A stretch of 64,000 nt of DNA from positions 1 through 64,000 of the forward strand of contig CBDAFS010000041.1 in the NCBI GenBank assembly GCA_965195285.1, given 5' to 3'. Of the stretch, positions 50,637 to 59,995 are shown in pieces. This stretch comes from an uncultured Aminicenantes bacterium (GTDB lineage Bacteria; Acidobacteriota; Aminicenantia; UBA2199). The number at the start of each line of letters is the position of its first letter. The stretch's first letter is position 1. Under the pieces are notes generated by a model. That model searched no databases. It was given only the letters and a program-made list of their open reading frames with translations, and was not told the DNA's origin. Both the position numbers and the translations under genes were made by a program.

Positions 50637-50708
50637 CGCGCCTGGCAGGAAAACCATGGGTGGACCGGGATTAGGGATCCCGCGCTCTATCCTCTGAGCT
50701 ACAGGCGC
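50637..50708 (-). pseudogene. Degenerate full-length copy of tRNA-Arg(CCT)
   Basis: Identical acceptor and D arms; anticodon loop TCCCTAA (U33 to C); T-arm replaced by TCCACCCATGGTTTT; TGCTATAAT upstream. Confidence 0.85.
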
Positions 50709-50841
50709 AAGGGGATATTATAGCAAAATTTCCCTTCCAAGTCACGGCAGGCATTACGAAATACTACCATTCTGGTAGCATATTGTGTTATAATAGCGGG
50801 AAGTTGTTTTGAAAATACCATTTTCGCCAGAGGAGGTTAGA

Positions 50842-51393
50842 ATGCTCAAAAGGATTTTTATTTTAATATTGATTGTGTTATTCATTTTGGTCATGTTCTC
50901 TTGCAAGACCGGGAGTGATGTTGACAACCAGGATGATCAGGATACCGATCCGGTGATCGGGGTTTATCTCAATAACATTACCGTAAATTTCATTGAGAAC
51001 GATCAAAACGGAGGCAGTTTTAACCTGGAATCTTTGAAGGGCAAAGTCATTATGCTGGTATTCAGTGCCATGTGGTGCAGCCCCTGCCGTACGGAGGCTT
51101 CAAAATTAATGGAATTGTACAATACCTATAAGGAAAGGGGACTGGAGGTTGTGCAGTGTATTTACCAGGATGAAGATTCCAATCCTGCTGACCTGAGTGA
51201 TATCAAACGCTGGGTTCAGGAATTCAATATCGGTTTTATTGTGGTCAATGATCCGGACTATTCAACCGTTAACACCTATAATTTCAGTTCCATTCCTTTC
51301 AATGTCATCGTTGACCGGGACTTTATCATCAGATACCGGGTTTCCGGATTTAATGAACAGGCGGTTAAAAACGTTATCGAAGACTATCTCTGA
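50842..51393 (+). CDS. TlpA-family thioredoxin-like lipoprotein
   Basis: Lipobox FSC, WCSPC, SIPF; GAGGAGG RBS. Confidence 0.9.
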   Translation: MLKRIFILILIVLFILVMFSCKTGSDVDNQDDQDTDPVIGVYLNNITVNFIENDQNGGSFNLESLKGKVIMLVFSAMWCSPCRTEASKLMELYNTYKERGLEVVQCIYQDEDSNPADLSDIKRWVQEFNIGFIVVNDPDYSTVNTYNFSSIPFNVIVDRDFIIRYRVSGFNEQAVKNVIEDYL

Positions 51394-51395
51394 AA

Positions 51396-51884
51396 ATGAA
51401 AAGAATCGGTTTTTTCCTTCTGGTATTCTGGCTGTTTGGTTCTCAAATCCAGGCCGTGACTGTAACCGATTTCAGCCTGAAAAAAATGGATGGTGATTTT
51501 TTTAAACTAAGCGAGCACCTGGGCAGTAAGATCATTGTCATTGATTTCTGGGCCTTCTGGTGCAAACCCTGCAAGAAGTTGTTAAAACGATTGAACACCA
51601 TCCAGAAACAATACCGGGGACAGGTTGAGGTACTGGCCATTTCAATAGATGAGGCCTCGGCTTTTTCCACGGTTGAGAGTTACATCAAGGCCAGGAGATT
51701 TGAATTTACGGTGTTGTTTGATGCGGAAAACAAAGTGGCTCGCTTGTACAATCCCACCCTGAAAATCCCCTTTACCATGATTGTAGACTATCAGGGCAAT
51801 ATTGTCTATGTCCATACCGGGTACATTCCCGGAGTGGAAAGTGAGATTGAAGATAAAATAAAGAATATTCTCAGTTCAAAGTAA
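51396..51884 (+). CDS. TlpA-family thioredoxin-like protein
   Basis: Signal peptide, IDFWAFWCKPC, AISID, IPF. Confidence 0.9.
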   Translation: MKRIGFFLLVFWLFGSQIQAVTVTDFSLKKMDGDFFKLSEHLGSKIIVIDFWAFWCKPCKKLLKRLNTIQKQYRGQVEVLAISIDEASAFSTVESYIKARRFEFTVLFDAENKVARLYNPTLKIPFTMIVDYQGNIVYVHTGYIPGVESEIEDKIKNILSSK

Positions 51885-51885
51885 C

Positions 51886-53286
51886 TTGAAGAAAACCATA
51901 TCATTTTACCTTGTGGTCCTGGTATTGCTGGGGCTGCCTCTCGGGCTGGCTGCATTTTCGGTTAGGAGCCTGCAGTTTCTGGTGACCAATGAGTTGATCT
52001 ATCAATATAATGAGGTTGCCGAGGAGAAACACTAATATCACGAGTTAATTTCCCTTTCCGCCAGTTTAAAGAACTGGTCGCTGGGTCTCACCCTGAGGGG
52101 ATTTAATTTCTACAAACAAACCCCCAATAACACCCTGGACAACCTGAAAGTGGATATCTACCGGTTTTATATCCGTTATCAGAAGTCCCACTGGAAAGTC
52201 AATGCCGGTGATTTCTATGCTTTACTGGGTCGGGGAATGGTTTTATCGGTTTTAAAAAACGAGGATGTACTGAGAGAGCGAACCATTACCGGCGGTGATA
52301 TTGGCTACCACCGGGGGAGACTCGACTTCAGGATACTGGCCGGAGTGGTCAAGGATGAGACCGAGGATCAAAAGTGGGCCCTGGTTGGTGGCGAAACCAG
52401 CCTGGAATGGCTTGAAGACAACTATCTGGGCTTGCATTTCAGTTATATCAATGATATGGATTCCCGGCTCCAGCTGGGTCAACGGTTGACATATTCCCTC
52501 AGCGCCAGCGGTAATAAGCTTTTAAAACATTTTAGTTATTACGCCGAATTTGCCAGGCTGGACTTTCTGGAAAACGGTTTATTGGCCGAGAACGGGTATG
52601 GCCTTTATTCGAGCCTGACCTTTAATTATGCCCCTGTCACCTGTTTGGTTGAATATAAAAAATACCATCATTTCAACAATGAAATGAACAATCCCCCGGT
52701 TGCTGACCGGGAGGATGAAGTCTCATCCATTTCAGATACCGATGGGGTCAGGTTTCAGGTGCAGTATGCCCTGTTCAACCCGGATCTGATATTTTTTGTC
52801 AACCACGGGCGCTACCGGGAGTATGAAGATAAGGGAGATCATACCTATGGGGGACTGATTCTTGAGGATCTCTGGGATCGTCTGGATGTTTCAGTGTCCT
52901 ATGGGATCAAGGATATACTTTATCCCATAAAGAAATTTAAATTTGACCTGGTTTATCAGATTTCCAACCGCTGGAGCCTTGAATTTTCAGCCCGGAATAA
53001 ACATTACCGGGACGGGGAATTTGTCTTCAAGGAGCAGGATCATTCCCTTCAGGTATCCCTGGCACCTGTTTTATCGTTTTATTTTCTGCATCAATACTCC
53101 CATAACCGGATCATGGATCTTAATCATTTTTATAGCGGGGGGATCAAGCTGATTCTGAAGGGAATCACGGTTATCGAACTCTCTCTGGGCACGGTCCGGG
53201 GGGGGCAGATGTGCAGTGGAGGCCAGTGTTTTGTGGTTCCGCCCTTCAAGGGAGTCAAGTTTTCAATTTTCCATATATTCAAATAA
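51886..53286 (+). pseudogene. Outer-membrane beta-barrel (DUF6029-like) interrupted by an in-frame TAA at 52033-52035
   Basis: TTG 51886 gives signal peptide MKKTISFYLVVLVLLGLPLGLAA in frame with ORF 52150-53286; GDFYALLGRG; C-terminal GGQMCSGGQCFVVPPFKG. Confidence 0.7.
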
Positions 53287-53369
53287 TGTGACCATCATTC
53301 AATTGATATCTGAATATTGGTTTGTCAATGGATTTGAAAAAAATGTTGGAATGATGTATAAATCGGATT

Positions 53370-55061
53370 ATGGAAAAACACAATGATATCCCTCAAACCC
53401 TGAATGATTTTTTGGATTCATCAGTCGAAAAGTTTGCCGACCGCCCGGCTCTGGGTTTTGCCAACCAGACCCCGATAACCTACCGGGAATTTCTGAATAA
53501 AGTGATTGCCGTGGCCGGCCTTCTGGAGAAAAAAGGCGTCCTGAAAGGGGACCGTGTGGCTATTCTGGGTGATAATTCTCCCAACTGGGGAATCAGTTAT
53601 TTTGCTATTCTACGGGCCGGGGCCATTGCGGTCCCCATTCTACCCAATTTGCCGGAATCCGATATTCGGCATATTTTGGTCGATTCCGAAGTCCAGGTGC
53701 TTTTCACCACTCAGAAGCAACTGGAAAAAGCAGGAGACCTGGGAAAGGGGAAGCTGAAACACATCATCACCCTGGATGATTTCCTGACCGATGACCAGAC
53801 TCTGACCGTGGAACCGATATCCGATCTTCTGGACCGGGCCATTGATTTTATAAAAAAAATCCCACGGACCATCGGATTGCAATCCGGGAAAGTCAGTGCT
53901 GAAGATCTGGCCTCAATCATCTATACGTCGGGAACATCCGGTCATTCAAAAGCGGTCATGCTGACCCATCATAATCTGATTTCCAATGTTATGACCATGC
54001 CAATCCTGATAAATATCCAGGTTGGCTGGACTTTTCTTTCCCTCATCACCTTGGCCCATTCCCTTGAGTTCACCACCGGTTTTTTATTTCCGATTTGGAG
54101 TGGCGCCCGCATTGTCTACCTGGGCAAAACCCCGACTCCCCCGCTAATCGAAAAAGCCTGCCAGGCTGAAAAACCCCAGGTGATTTGTGCCGTGCCCATA
54201 ATTCTGGAAAAAATCTACAAGAAAAAAGTACTGACTGTTCTGGAAAAAAACCTATTAATCAAGATGTTAACCCGCCTACCCGGAATAAAGAGTAAGATAT
54301 ATAAAAAAATAAATAAGAAAGTGATGGAGTTCTTCGGTGGAGAGTTGGTTGTCATGGCCATTGGCGGGGCCTCTTTTAATCTGGAAGCCGAACAATTTTT
54401 CCACAGAGCCGGTTTTCCCTACATGGTGGGATACGGATTAACCGAAACCTCGCCTTTGCTGGCCGGTGGTCCGTTCGAAGACAAAACCATTAAAATTTCT
54501 TCGACCGGAAAACCCATACCAGGTGTGGAAATCCGAATTTTAAATACAAACCCGAAAACCGGGATCGGGGAGATTGTTGCCCGGGGACCCAATATCATGA
54601 AAGGGTATTACAAGAATCCCGAATTGACCCGGGAGGTTCTGGATGAACAGGGCTGGTTCAAGACCGGAGACCTGGGTCGGTTGGATAAATACAATAACCT
54701 TTACATTACCGGAAGATCCAAGAATATGATCCTGATGTCCAATGGAGAGAATATATATCCGGAGGCCATTGAAGGAAAAATCAATTCCAGCTTTTTTATC
54801 ATAGAATCTCTGGTTATTGAGAACAACGGGCTGTTGGAGGCCTGGGTGTACCCGGATTATGATCTGATTGATCAGGAAACCAAGGGAAAGACCGAGAAGC
54901 AGAAAGGGGAATTCATCGTTAATGTGCTGGACCAGTTGAAAGTGGAGATCAATTCTCAAGTGTCTTCGTTTTCAAGGCTTTCCCGGGTAATTGAACAGAA
55001 AGAGCCCTTTGAAAAAACCGCTACTTTGAAGATAAAACGTTACCTGTATTCCCATGGGTGA
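53370..55061 (+). CDS. Long-chain fatty acid-CoA ligase (AMP-binding)
   Basis: YTSGTSGHSK, GYGLTETSP, GWFKTGDLG, GRSKN...GENIYPE. Confidence 0.93.
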   Translation: MEKHNDIPQTLNDFLDSSVEKFADRPALGFANQTPITYREFLNKVIAVAGLLEKKGVLKGDRVAILGDNSPNWGISYFAILRAGAIAVPILPNLPESDIRHILVDSEVQVLFTTQKQLEKAGDLGKGKLKHIITLDDFLTDDQTLTVEPISDLLDRAIDFIKKIPRTIGLQSGKVSAEDLASIIYTSGTSGHSKAVMLTHHNLISNVMTMPILINIQVGWTFLSLITLAHSLEFTTGFLFPIWSGARIVYLGKTPTPPLIEKACQAEKPQVICAVPIILEKIYKKKVLTVLEKNLLIKMLTRLPGIKSKIYKKINKKVMEFFGGELVVMAIGGASFNLEAEQFFHRAGFPYMVGYGLTETSPLLAGGPFEDKTIKISSTGKPIPGVEIRILNTNPKTGIGEIVARGPNIMKGYYKNPELTREVLDEQGWFKTGDLGRLDKYNNLYITGRSKNMILMSNGENIYPEAIEGKINSSFFIIESLVIENNGLLEAWVYPDYDLIDQETKGKTEKQKGEFIVNVLDQLKVEINSQVSSFSRLSRVIEQKEPFEKTATLKIKRYLYSHG

Positions 55062-55108
55062 TACATTGAAAGCCTGGCCAGCCCGTTCGGTTTTTCGTCC
55101 AATTTGCC

Positions 55109-56011
55109 ATGACCGGAAATAGTCGTTTGAATGAAGCCCTGCGGATAACCCGGATCGGGATTGTTGCCAATATAACCCTGATCATACTTAAATTTACCGG
55201 TGGAATCATCGGGAGAAGCGGGGCGGTTATTGCCGATGCGGTGCACTCTTTTGCGGACTTTGCCACAGATATCATTGTGATTATCGGATTGAAACTATCC
55301 GATAAACCTGCCGATAACACCCATCGCTACGGGCATGGCAAATTCGAGACCCTTTCCTCACTGATCCTGGGTGTTATTTTACTGGCCACCGGTATCGGTA
55401 TTTGCTGGTCCGGAATCGGAAACATCATTCATTTTATTGGAAAAGAATCCATATACCGGCCAACCTGGATTGCATTTGTGGCGGCACTGATATCGGTAAT
55501 CATAAAGGAATGGCTTTATATCATTACCATTCGAAGCGGGAAAAAATTGAACAGCCAGTCCCTGATTGCCAATGCCATCAACCACCGCTCGGATGCCTTA
55601 TCATCCATCGGTGTTATGATCGGAATTGCCGGAGCAGTTTTTCTGGGGGAAAAATGGAGTGTGCTGGATCCTGTGGCCGCTGTCATCGTGGGGATTTTCA
55701 TTTTCAAGGCTTCATTTTCAATTATCCGAAGCAGTATTGATGAGTTTCTGGAGGCATCGCTGGGAGATCAGATTGAAAGTGAAATTCTGGACATAAGCGG
55801 ACGGATTTCAGGTGTCCGTAATCCCCATAACCTTAAAACCCGAAAAGTCGGGAAAAATATGGTAATCGATATTCATATCGAGGTAGATCCCCGGCTGAAT
55901 ATCAAAACGGCCCATGATATTTCCGACCGGATGGAAGAAGAGCTGAAACGTCGATACGGTTCCGAGACTGTGATCTCGGTTCATATAGAACCGGGCCAGA
56001 CAAGTCAGTAA
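55109..56011 (+). CDS. Cation diffusion facilitator (FieF-like)
   Basis: ADAVHSFAD, HRYGHGKFE, NHRSD, DIHIEV, VHIEP. Confidence 0.93.
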   Translation: MTGNSRLNEALRITRIGIVANITLIILKFTGGIIGRSGAVIADAVHSFADFATDIIVIIGLKLSDKPADNTHRYGHGKFETLSSLILGVILLATGIGICWSGIGNIIHFIGKESIYRPTWIAFVAALISVIIKEWLYIITIRSGKKLNSQSLIANAINHRSDALSSIGVMIGIAGAVFLGEKWSVLDPVAAVIVGIFIFKASFSIIRSSIDEFLEASLGDQIESEILDISGRISGVRNPHNLKTRKVGKNMVIDIHIEVDPRLNIKTAHDISDRMEEELKRRYGSETVISVHIEPGQTSQ

Positions 56012-56020
56012 ACGGAGGAT

Positions 56021-57265
56021 GTGATGAAAAAAATATTGATTTTCAACGTGATCATTTTATTCCTGATTGGGGCAGGTTTGTTTTCCGATTCCCATCAGGA
56101 TACCCTTCCAATCGGGCCTTCCCCATATAAGTATGATCTGGGAAAAATTGAAAAAAATCAGATCTATAAAACCGGGTCCGGTAAAATTGTCAATCTTTCA
56201 GATCTGGTTCTGGCTGCCGGTTCAACGGACCTGATTGTCATCGGGGAATCTCATGATAATTATGACTGTCATGTATTCCAGAGGGATTTGATTGAAGCCC
56301 TGTACCGGAAATATCCCCGAATAATTGTGGGCTTTGAGTTTTTTAAAAGAGAAGATGATGAAGCCCTGGAATTGTGGCGGAATGGACAGATTTCGGAATC
56401 GGAACTAATCCGGAAAACCGGCTGGTATCAAAAAACCTCTTATAATTTCGGATATACCCGTTTGATCATGGATGTCCTGAAAAAATACCGGATCAAAACC
56501 ATTGGCCTCAATGTATCGCGAGATATCCTGCGTAAGGTTTCCAGAAAGGGATTCGATTCACTGAGCCCTGATGAAAAAAAATTGTTTCCCGGCATTAAGG
56601 TTTCTCATCCCCAGCACCGCTATTTGATCAAGACCATTTTCGGGGATTTTGCCCTGCAAGTTCCGTTCTGGTTTGAAAATGTCTATGATTCCCAGAAATG
56701 CTGGGATGTGGTGATGGCTGAATCCATGAGACAGACACTGGCCAAAAGGGAATTCAGAGGGTACAAAGGGATTATCATTGCCGGCAGTTTTCATGTGGCC
56801 TACCATCTGGGCATACCCTTCCGGTTTCAACGCTCAGACAAAAGGGCCCGGCTCACCACTATTATGCCGGTACTGATTCCAACCAAAGATAAGGAATCCG
56901 ACCCTGAGGAACATCCCATGAAAAAAATGTTTGCCAAGAACTTGCCAGCGGTCGCTGTATTTTCACGCGGAATTGGGGATTATGTTTTTTCAATAACCAA
57001 GCCCCAGCATTCCCATTTTCCGGAATGGGGATTCTCCTGTAAAAAAATCAACGATACCATTCAAATTACTGCCATCAAAAAAAAGGGCCTGGCCGAGAAA
57101 TACGGACTCAAAAAGGGTGATATCATTGTGATGGCCGATGGAGAGAACCTGAAAACCATGGAACAGTTGCGATTCATTCTGGCCTCCAAAGAGTGGGGGG
57201 GTGATATTAGACTCCGGCTGGATCGGAAAATTGAGTTAAAAAAAAATGAAAGCAAACGGCCTTGA
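56021..57265 (+). CDS. ChaN-family protein with C-terminal PDZ-like domain
   Basis: IGESHDN..H, GFEFF, WDVVMAESM, AGSFHV; GLAEKYGLKKGDII. Confidence 0.8.
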   Translation: MMKKILIFNVIILFLIGAGLFSDSHQDTLPIGPSPYKYDLGKIEKNQIYKTGSGKIVNLSDLVLAAGSTDLIVIGESHDNYDCHVFQRDLIEALYRKYPRIIVGFEFFKREDDEALELWRNGQISESELIRKTGWYQKTSYNFGYTRLIMDVLKKYRIKTIGLNVSRDILRKVSRKGFDSLSPDEKKLFPGIKVSHPQHRYLIKTIFGDFALQVPFWFENVYDSQKCWDVVMAESMRQTLAKREFRGYKGIIIAGSFHVAYHLGIPFRFQRSDKRARLTTIMPVLIPTKDKESDPEEHPMKKMFAKNLPAVAVFSRGIGDYVFSITKPQHSHFPEWGFSCKKINDTIQITAIKKKGLAEKYGLKKGDIIVMADGENLKTMEQLRFILASKEWGGDIRLRLDRKIELKKNESKRP

Positions 57266-57310
57266 TGGCAAGATCGGGTTGTCCATAAGAAGCTGGACTC
57301 CGGTCATGGT

Positions 57311-57340
57311 TTGACTTTTGGTTTTGCTTATCTGTATAAT
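57311..57340 (+). promoter_or_regulatory. Putative sigma70 promoter of the OPT gene
   Basis: TTGACT-18 nt-TATAAT. Confidence 0.5.
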
Positions 57341-57377
57341 ATTTTTTTATTTTGAATCTGGATAAAAGGAGAAATGC

Positions 57378-59486
57378 ATGAGCAAAGAATTTAAACCCTA
57401 CGTACCTGTTGAAAGTACAATGAAGGAGTTTACATTTAAAGCGATCTTCCTGGGTATTATTTTGGCCATTGTGCTTGGTGCTGCCAATGCCTATCTGGGC
57501 TTGAAAGCCGGTATGACGGTGGCAGCCACTTTTCCGGCAGCGGTTATTGCCATGGCGGTTCTCAGGATTTTCAAGGGAACCATCCTGGAAGAAAACCTGG
57601 CCAGGACCACCGGCGCGGTCGGAGAGGCACTGGCGGCCGGTGCCATTTTTACCATTCCGGCTTTTGTCATGACCGGGGTTTGGGACAGCTTCAGTTATGT
57701 CAAAGCCACAGTCCTGATGCTGGTGGGTGGTGTCTTGGGTGTTCTTTTTGTGATCATTTTGAGAAGAACCATGATCGAAGATCAGACCTTGCCCTATCCA
57801 GAGAGCAAGGCCTGTGCCCAGATTGTCAAGAGCGGTCAGAGTGGTGCTACCGGAGCCGGGTTGGTATTCGGTACCATGGGATTGGCCGGTTTAATTGAAT
57901 TGCTCCGGCATGACCAGGGGTTTTCACTGATAAAAAGATACTTCCAGGGTTTCTTGAAACTGGGAAAATCGAAGATTTCTCTGCTGGATGGCAACAGCAA
58001 TGTGATTGAATCCGGAGCCGGGCAGGCAGCTGAATTCGGCAAAGACGGGGGGCTGCTATTGATCAGCCCGGAAGCCTCACCCGCTTTTCTGGGTGTGGGA
58101 TACATTATCGGTTTCAGACTGGCGGCTATTACTTTTTCCGGTGGAGTGTTCGGATGGCTGTTTTTGATGCCCGTGGTATTGTTTTTAATGAGCGGGGATC
58201 TATTGCCCTTTGGTGCGGGCGGCGACTGGATTGCTATTGCCAAGTCCGCCTACAATTCAACCGTGAAACCCATTGCTGTGGGAGGCATGCTGGTGGGTGC
58301 ATTTTATACCCTTTTCTCCATGCGTAAAAACCTGATCGGGGGAATTTCCAGAGGGATAGCGGATATTAAAAAAGTCGGAAAATCGGATGAGACGGTTTCC
58401 CGGGTTGATAAAGATTTACCTTTCGGAATGGTTATTGTTGCCATACTCATCATTGTGGTGGTCATGATCGGAATCTTCCAGCAGTTTATCAAAACTCCGG
58501 AGAGTTCAGGGTGGGGTGGCGCCATTGGTTCGGCTCTGGTCATGGCTCTGGCCGGGTTTTTGTTTGCCGCAGTGGCCGGCTATCTGGTGGGGATCATCGG
58601 TTCTTCATCCAATCCCATTTCGGGTTTAACCCTGACCACTCTGTTGATTGCTGCGCTTTTGATGGTGGTCCTGGGACTGAAAGGAGATCCGGGTGTGGCG
58701 GCAACACTGGCCGTGGCCACTATTGTTTGCTGTGTGGCGGGTGTGGCCGGTGATATGATGCAGGATTGGAAAGTCGGTCATATATTAGGTGGTACTCCCT
58801 GGAAAATGCAGATCGGCGGAATGATCGGTGTGGTTGCGGCTGCCCTGTTTTTGATTTTTCCCATCATGCTGCTGGATAAAGTTCCCGGAGATCCGACCGC
58901 TCATGCCATTGGTTCTGATGCCCTTCCCGCACCCCAAGCTGGTTTAATGGCCATGATGTCCAAGGGTATCGTGGGCGGTGAAATGGCCTGGCCCCTGGTA
59001 ATAGCGGGTATGTTATTTGCCATGGGACTGATTTTAATCAAATCGCCTTCTCCCATGCTTATTGCAGTAGGCATGTATCTGCCCTTCAGAACCACAGCAG
59101 CTATTTTCATTGGCGGTATCATCAAGTATTTTGTCGAGAAAAAAACCAATAAATATGCTGAAGTCAAATCAGCCCATAAGAAATTAGCCGGAGAGGAAAA
59201 GGCCGGTTTTATTGAAAGCATCAGGGAAAAATCCGAAAATATTGGTTTGTTGCTAGCCTCGGGCTTGGTGGCGGGTGAGGCGCTGACCGGAATTTTACTG
59301 GCTGCATTTGTATCCATCAAGGAGGATTTCCTGAATAAATTAATCGGAAACCTGACCCCGGACAAAGAAGCCATTGTGGCCAATGGAGTTGTCGGAACTA
59401 TTTTGTATTTTGGAACGCTGGCTTTTCTGGCCTACATGATGATTCAGATACCGCTGAAGAAAATCCGGGAAAATAATAACAGTTGA
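57378..59486 (+). CDS. OPT-family oligopeptide transporter
   Basis: ANAYLGLKAGMTV, ILEEN, GSSSNPISG, GDMMQDWKVGH..GGTPWK, LPAPQA, ASGLVAGE. Confidence 0.93.
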   Translation: MSKEFKPYVPVESTMKEFTFKAIFLGIILAIVLGAANAYLGLKAGMTVAATFPAAVIAMAVLRIFKGTILEENLARTTGAVGEALAAGAIFTIPAFVMTGVWDSFSYVKATVLMLVGGVLGVLFVIILRRTMIEDQTLPYPESKACAQIVKSGQSGATGAGLVFGTMGLAGLIELLRHDQGFSLIKRYFQGFLKLGKSKISLLDGNSNVIESGAGQAAEFGKDGGLLLISPEASPAFLGVGYIIGFRLAAITFSGGVFGWLFLMPVVLFLMSGDLLPFGAGGDWIAIAKSAYNSTVKPIAVGGMLVGAFYTLFSMRKNLIGGISRGIADIKKVGKSDETVSRVDKDLPFGMVIVAILIIVVVMIGIFQQFIKTPESSGWGGAIGSALVMALAGFLFAAVAGYLVGIIGSSSNPISGLTLTTLLIAALLMVVLGLKGDPGVAATLAVATIVCCVAGVAGDMMQDWKVGHILGGTPWKMQIGGMIGVVAAALFLIFPIMLLDKVPGDPTAHAIGSDALPAPQAGLMAMMSKGIVGGEMAWPLVIAGMLFAMGLILIKSPSPMLIAVGMYLPFRTTAAIFIGGIIKYFVEKKTNKYAEVKSAHKKLAGEEKAGFIESIREKSENIGLLLASGLVAGEALTGILLAAFVSIKEDFLNKLIGNLTPDKEAIVANGVVGTILYFGTLAFLAYMMIQIPLKKIRENNNS

Positions 59487-59836
59487 AAAATAAAGAAGAG
59501 AACTTATTAGATCTGATTCCAGAAATCATTTGCCAATGGGGAAAAAACCAGGAGGGTAAAATTTACATCCTGGTTCCCCGGTTCAGGAGTCCTCTGCTCA
59601 GAAAGATAGGAATGAAGTTTGGGCGGTCCGAATGGGTCAGGATTATTTTAGATGAAAAAGGAACCAAATCCTGGAGGTTGATAAATGGCAAACGGAGTGT
59701 TCACGAAATCGGAGAATTGCTGGAAAAGGAAATGGGAGACTCGGTAAAGCCGGTTTATGACCGGTTATCCCAGTTCATAACCATCCTGTTCAAGAATAAA
59801 TTCATTGTCTTTAAAAATTACCATCCCAAGAATTGA
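59483..59836 (+). CDS. PqqD-like (RiPP recognition element-type) small protein
   Basis: NLLDLIP, LDEKGTKSWRLINGKRSVHEIGELL winged-helix pattern; overlaps the OPT stop. Confidence 0.7.
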   Translation: MKNKEENLLDLIPEIICQWGKNQEGKIYILVPRFRSPLLRKIGMKFGRSEWVRIILDEKGTKSWRLINGKRSVHEIGELLEKEMGDSVKPVYDRLSQFITILFKNKFIVFKNYHPKN

Positions 59837-59861
59837 ATAACCAGTAGTTTTTTTTTCTTTT

Positions 59862-59944
59862 CTTAACCTTAACCTCAACCTGAGGAGTCAGGAGTCAGAA
59901 GCCAGGAGACAGAAGATAGAAGCCAGAAATTTTTACTTAACCTG
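59862..59944. repeat. Simple-sequence block (AACCTT and CAGRAG tracts)
   Basis: CTTAACCTTAACCTCAACCTGAGGAGTCAGGAGTCAGAAGCCAGGAGACAGAAG. Confidence 0.7.
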
Positions 59945-59995
59945 GAATTAATTCTGACGAGTTGCTCTTGCTCCTGCGAGCTACCTGACCATTCA

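Noticed and set aside
37774-50708. CRISPR array or classical integron
   Set aside because: Spacing is irregular and gene-sized; no cas or intI genes; no RYYYAAC...GTTRRRY attC structure recognised.
52033-52035. Selenocysteine/pyrrolysine or alternative genetic code readthrough
   Set aside because: The codon is TAA, which ends many normal genes in this window.
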